A DNA stretch of 63,783 nucleotides, the filler included, from Choristocarpus tenellus KU-1152 (Eukaryota; Protista; Phaeophyceae): the NCBI GenBank assembly GCA_964200185.2. It is 7 parts of 7 records of this genome, joined end to end, with 100 filler letters (N's around TTAATTAATTAA, not from the genome) between each part and the next. Parts side by side here need not be neighbours in the genome. Positions count along the whole stretch, not along the records: positions 53,445 to 63,783 come from CAXNAD020002981.1; 6 more parts are not named here. One strand, written 5' to 3'. Positions 58,121 to 63,783 of this stretch are shown here, piece by piece. The stretch's first letter is position 1, and every line of letters begins with the position of its first letter. A program made the translations under genes and the position numbers. Below the pieces are notes generated by a model. The model saw only the letters and a list, made by a program, of their open reading frames with translations, was not told the DNA's origin and searched no databases.

Positions 58121-59337
58121 ACAAAATCACACTATTCACATTACCACCAACAATGAAAAATATAAAAATGAAACTCTCTCTTATTGAACAAGAGATTTTG
58201 TTTTGGATTCGTTTCTTGATCTTCTTCACAACCCGTCCAAAAATACCGAATATAGTCTACAGTTTCCTCTCAATCAAGCAATAATAGTTTTGTAGTAACC
58301 ACAATATTATATGGAGATTAAAAAAAGGAAAAAGGGAACCAACACCAAATTAATGTTCATACATATTCTATTGCCTATTTTTGGATCAGGTTTTGTTAAG
58401 GATTGTTAGGGTTAGGAGCAGAGTTAGGTTGAGGGGTATATATCCATGTTACTATATATATGGTGTCTTGTCTCGAGCTGTCTATGAATATTTTCTTCTT
58501 CAATGTAGAATTCAGGAAATTGATCCTGTTTTTTTAACATTACAATGTGAGTTTGGAGTTTGTTGTTCTCAAAGAAGTTGAGTTTTATAGTTCTCAATAT
58601 TTAGAGCTCTAGAAATATGTGCTTATAAAACAGTTTTGTTAGTTACAGTACTAAAAATACACAATAATATGTTCATATATATGTTGCTATCATAAGTGAA
58701 ACATCAGACAATAGAGTAGTTCTGAAATACCTACTGTACAGTGAAGAATAATAATAGAATAACAATATGTAACATACCACTATACACAACCACACATTCA
58801 CAAATCACACATCAAATCTCAAAAATCAGAATTCATAAGATTAGAAAGAAGAAGGACCCCTTGGGAGTTTTCTCACTGAGACTTCATGATTTTTCGGGAC
58901 AACTTTTGCATCACACAATATTTTTTATATCCCCATCAACCAACATAACCCCCTTCCCACCATCACCACAACCAGCCCAACACGACAACCACATCCATCT
59001 CAGGATCACAGAACGTAGTGTAGGTGCCTGCTATCCACCCCTCCAAAACTCGACAAGAGTGAGGTATGAAGGTCCTCGAACTATAGAGTAATAGTATCGT
59101 CGTATTCTAAAACAAAGTTGGGTGGGTGCAGATCTATCTGTCTGGGTCACCAGAGGTGGCAGGGGTTCTAGACTGTTGTGGGTTCAACATTCGGTAGAGT
59201 CCTTTCTCACTGAGACAGACCCGTGGAGTTTGCTCTAGCTTACTTGGTATTTGATGAGTCGCTGCGCTCCCAAGATGCTACTTCCTCTTCAGCGCTCATT
59301 GGATACCACAGCAAGTTTCACCTTCACAGACTCCACG

Positions 59338-61145
59338 ATGCGAGTCATGGGCGATAGCATCGAAGGCAATGATACTTCGATTAACTGGATAGGTGCTTCT
59401 GGTCCCCCTGCTCATGAGCCATCCTCCTGCCTTTCTAGCACAAGTAAATCAGACCAGGTGAGTTGTGAGATTGACCCCCACCATCTCATGTCTTACACAA
59501 GGCCATGCATTCCTAAGCTTTCTCTGAGGTGGAGCTATGTAACCTCCGTGTCCCTGGACCCCCATTACATCGCTTGGATGATAGTAGGCATAAGCTAATT
59601 CGGAAGAAATTAAGCTGTAAGTCATTCGGGCAATGGTAGACCACGATCCAGACACCCGCATTCTGACATACTGATTGTGTATGTATCTTGAACTAATCCA
59701 CGCAACTAAGCTCTAATCTCTTTCACCCTACGCAGAACGAATTTGCGAATGAATCTACTACCGTTAAGCTCAGAAAGAGCTGCAACTATTGCGTCCGTAT
59801 GAAGCGGGCTTGTAATGGGAAAACTCCATGTGTGCTCTGCCTACGGCGAAAAAAGGACTGCATACGGAGCGCTAAAAAGAAAAGTGGACCGGCTAAGGGA
59901 TCAAGATACTCCTCAAAGTACAAGGGCGACTTTGCCGCCACAAGATCTTGCATGACTTCAACCAAGTCTAGATCTTTGGCTGGTAGTCCCCCTCGAAGTA
60001 CGCGAAATAGCACTGGATTCTATCATTTAACCTTGGACAGCAGGGGACACCAGGTGAATTTTTTCGGAACAGAGATTCTGGGTACAGCTTTACTCACACC
60101 AAACCTCAACTACCAGAATTATACCCAGAGTGCAGTAGGGGTTCAGGGCCGAGAGGTGGTTCTACCTACTGCTTTTGTTTTGATCCCTACACGACAACAT
60201 CTGCCAAATATTTAGAGCATCAATATATCATCCATCCGACTAAAGTGTGTTGATAAGTCGATCGATCGATCGGTCTATTAAATAGTTGATAATCTTCTGG
60301 TTAGGTTTGTGGTGCCAAAGCCGATTTTATCAGGGTCGTTTTCTGTAATGGGATCCTGGTCAGGGCCCTCACTCTGTCTCAACCAGTGACTTCATTATAT
60401 CATTTTGAAGTTCTTACTCGTTAGTAGTTATAGTAGTTATTGCGAGATGAAGTGAGGTCGCTGAGCTGTTCTTCCAAATTTGTTCATATCGATGTCCTCT
60501 CAGCATGAACACCGACATGCAATCGAACCTTCTGACGTCATCTACGTGCAGGAATATCCTGCCTGGAATCAGCTGTTAGCAGAGGATGTGGATTCTGCGC
60601 AGCACATTCAGGAATATCACCCAGCGTCCCCTCGCATGCATATATTGACGAAAGGTGGTACTGAAGATGTGATGGACAGCACGATGCCCACCCATGCAGT
60701 GAAGGGGTTGATGCCAGACATTCTAAGGGATGGGAAATCCTCATCACCTCCTAGGTATCATCAGCAATCGCACCAGTCATCGTGTTGCTTCAATTCTCCA
60801 TGCGCTCAATCCAATCGCGAAAAACAAAACAATCGTCAAGGGAACAGAGGAGGTACAACAGGAGCTGATCCGATAGTGGTTGAGCCACATGGACCGTACG
60901 TCCTCTTGGATCATCAATGTAATGATGGCCTGAAGAAGGCAGGAGGGCCCAAGAGGGAAGATAGGACACAAGACAATAGACTCTCTGCACTCGATTGGGC
61001 AACTTTGACAGAGTGCGCACAACCTGCTACAATGCTATGGGAGGCAACCTGGAGGGAAAATGACTCCAAGAGAATTCAGGACGATGAAGAGATTGAAAGT
61101 AAAGCGGTTTCTGAGGTGCTGGATGCATGGGCCAAAGGACTATAA
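59338..61145 (+). CDS. Zn(II)2Cys6 (GAL4-type) binuclear cluster transcription factor, 3 exons, ~359 aa
   Basis: Exons 59338-59457, 59736-60053 and 60504-61145, all phase 0 with GT-AG sites. Domain KLRKSCNYCVRMKRACNGKTPCVLCLRRKKDCIRSAKKKSGPAKG has C-x2-C-x6-C-x5-C-x2-C-x6-C spacing. The rest is low-complexity with an acidic C-terminus. Confidence 0.88.
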
Positions 61146-63757
61146 GTCAGGAGTTAATGAAAAGTTGTGATTGGTATCCTTAGACAAAATGATTCAGTAT
61201 GCTTAGCAAGATAACTGAGAGGGAGGTTGCACTTTTTTGTTTAGACTACATCTTGAGAGATGAGCACTGTCGCACGTGTCATTGTTTGACCGGCTTCCCT
61301 GGTGTGACAATGACAAAAAAATATTATGAGAATATTGAGCACAAGGTTAAGGGCGTTGTTTCCACTTTTTGGTTCATCTTGATTTTGTTTTGCTGATGTC
61401 CTGTTTTGTTTTTTGAGGTATTTATGTAGGTTGTGTTCCATTGCCCCCTTGTGGTTGTTTCCTTAGCCTAGTCTACTGTTGAGTGGAAATGAACTGATAC
61501 AGTTTGCTTCTCTCCTCATTCTGGACTGGTACCCGCTTGATCTGGTTCTTGTTATATCTTCTTTCAATACAATAAAAAGTAGGAATCCTGATATGTTAGT
61601 TACTCCTGCTGTTGACAAGCCTATAGTCTTTTGGTCTTACGCATTTGATTGATGTGTGTGTGCATAGAGATATAATTCTCGCTGTTTTTGTCACCTTTTT
61701 TTGCTCTTGGTGTCACTGAAGTTGTCTCCTAAATGGTTGAACGGCATCATACTATCTAGCCGTACTTTTCACTGGCATGTACTGTATCAAGTATGTAACT
61801 ACCAGCTGTGGAGATCCTGCAATCTTTTATTTGTGCATATTAATCCACGTATGTATGTGTGTGTATAGAGGTCACTCTCGGGAAGTTCTAGGTCTGTTTT
61901 TGTGTCCCACCACATTTTTGTGGTGACTCCATTGTTTTGTTTATAGTGATTGAATAGTATCATACTGTCTTGTTGAGCTTCTTTGTTTCTTGGGAATAAA
62001 GCTCCAACTAGTCTTTTTGGCCCCCCCCCACTTGTTGCTTTGTGTGCACCTCTAGGGTTATCTCTTTGTGATTGGGTGTAAGCCAGTAGAATGAATATTC
62101 CGTTCTATGGTACAATTAATTAATTCTTCGAAGTAATAACTCTTTCCGTTCTGATTAAATGGTTTGGAGTATTCGGGTGAAATATTAAGTCCAACTAAAT
62201 TCTTCGCACGAAACTCTTACCCACACGGTGGACAGTGCTATTTGTAGTCCATCGAACAATTATTTCTCATGGTGACCGCAGAGGTTCAACCAAGGCTGGA
62301 CCTGGATATCATATTTTTGATCTTCAACAAATTGTTGGGATCACATCTGACATTAGCACAACGTGAAGAAGGGAATCATCATTGGGAAATTGCCTAAGGA
62401 TTATAACCACAATACAACTCTCTCCCATGTCTGCACCAGACCAAGGAACTTTGCATTCATGGCTGCAATGCTGTGCCAATTTTTGTGAGCATAGGAAGTA
62501 TTGAAAGTTCTCACTATCTTATCTCACCTTCTCCACCTCCAAAATGACGGTGAAGCGAGCATTCCCAAGCACGTAGGAAAGTATATATCCCTACCCCAGT
62601 GTTTTTTCTGCAACCAAGCTCTGGTGGTTCCATATATTGGTGTGTAAAGATACGTTCCCTCTTTTTGCAGTACACGCTTAGTTGTACGTGCGGATATTCG
62701 TACAAAACTGTCAGAAGATTATTATACCAGCCCAGTAGATCTACAGAGGGGTTTCAAATGCAACTCCTTGAAAAAGTCAAATGACCTCACCTCCAAAAGG
62801 GGGTGAGCGATCCCCTTCAATATCATATTATCAACTGACTCACAATCTGTGAGCAGGAGAAAGACTCATGAGCGCTGTGAGCAACTAACAACTTGCTCAT
62901 TGCGCCCAAGTCTCTCACTACCACCTACGACATGAATTGAGAGGGTTCAACACTTTGTTTATGGAGCAACAAATACGCGACCTTCGACTAACCTTCCTAC
63001 CGTTGTATCGTAGGTAGTTGTGTCATAACTTCGAGGGGAGGTCCCCCAACTTCAGACACACCAAAAGAATCCATTAATTTAATTGTTCGTATCTTTCAAC
63101 AACGAGCTCCTCTCAGATAGCCCAACCACACAGGAGCTGACCACCTCGCTCGTGGTACTGGTAGTAGTTCTTGTTCTGCTGGACTCCTGCATTACCTTGC
63201 TCTATCGTAGAGTGATAGTAGAGTCATGTGTTCAACTGTGAATAGGTAACACATCGAGAGGGTAATTAAATTGCGTTATATTGCAAGAAAAAAAATAAAT
63301 CACATTCAGCTGAGTGGGACATGTTCCTGGTGTTCACTTATACACTAAGCTCTATTCACTGTGCAAATACAGTAATCCAATTTTTTTAGGTTAAACGAAA
63401 TCTAAGACTTCTAGGACCATTAAGCCATTAAGATTACCCTCTGACGTGAACTCCCTGCTGTCTCTCCCCCGTTTTTTCCCACTTTCTCTGTCTCTTCTTG
63501 TTGCACCTATGATACCTCCTCCTATCATTTCCTAAAAGAGATATTTATTCTACCGCATCCATGTGCCAAGCAAACCTTGATTTAACTTTTGAACTCTGTG
63601 GGTACATATGTGTAGACTATCCCTTCTCGTTTGCAAAGTGAAGAGGAAACTCAGCATGTGCAACGACCATCTATTCACAGAGAGCAACAGTGCACATTAT
63701 TCGTGCATCTCAATAGGCACACAACTAATTGTATTGGGCCTGGGGCCTGCGCACATT

Positions 63758-63783
63758 GACCCAAAGTATCTGGGAGGGGGGGG
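63758..63783 (-). mobile_element. MITE family B-type terminus at the window end
   Basis: att|gacccaaagtatctgggagggggggg, the reverse complement of the family B right end. Confidence 0.68.

Overview
Intron-rich, repeat-rich eukaryotic nuclear DNA. The gene types suggest a stramenopile, probably a brown alga or close relative; this is inference. The window is not one locus: it is seven contigs joined by artificial 100-bp N-spacers containing TTAATTAATTAA (11057-11156, 21678-21777, 38809-38908, 45903-46002, 49870-49969, 53345-53444), so adjacency across spacers is not biological. Genes that can be reconstructed by hand: a complete 6-exon papain-family (C1A) cysteine protease with an N-terminal membrane anchor, a 3-exon Zn(II)2Cys6 transcription factor, an intronless ~6-TM orphan membrane protein, and fragments of CDC73 (3 exons), acetyl-CoA carboxylase (2 exons), malic enzyme (1 exon) and a ZIP metal transporter (3 exons, one predicted GC-AG intron). 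The intergenic DNA holds relics of Ty1/copia, LINE-like, pogo-like and Tc1-like elements, plus many micro- and minisatellites and short TTAGGG arrays. The most striking unexplained structure is a set of at least three internally unrelated miniature inverted-repeat element families (11 copies or ends in 64 kb). They share a G-N4-AAAGTATCT + G-rich terminus, two copies show clean AWT target-site duplications, one family is a near-perfect foldback, and many contig breaks fall inside them. No CRISPR array, rRNA or convincing tRNA was seen.
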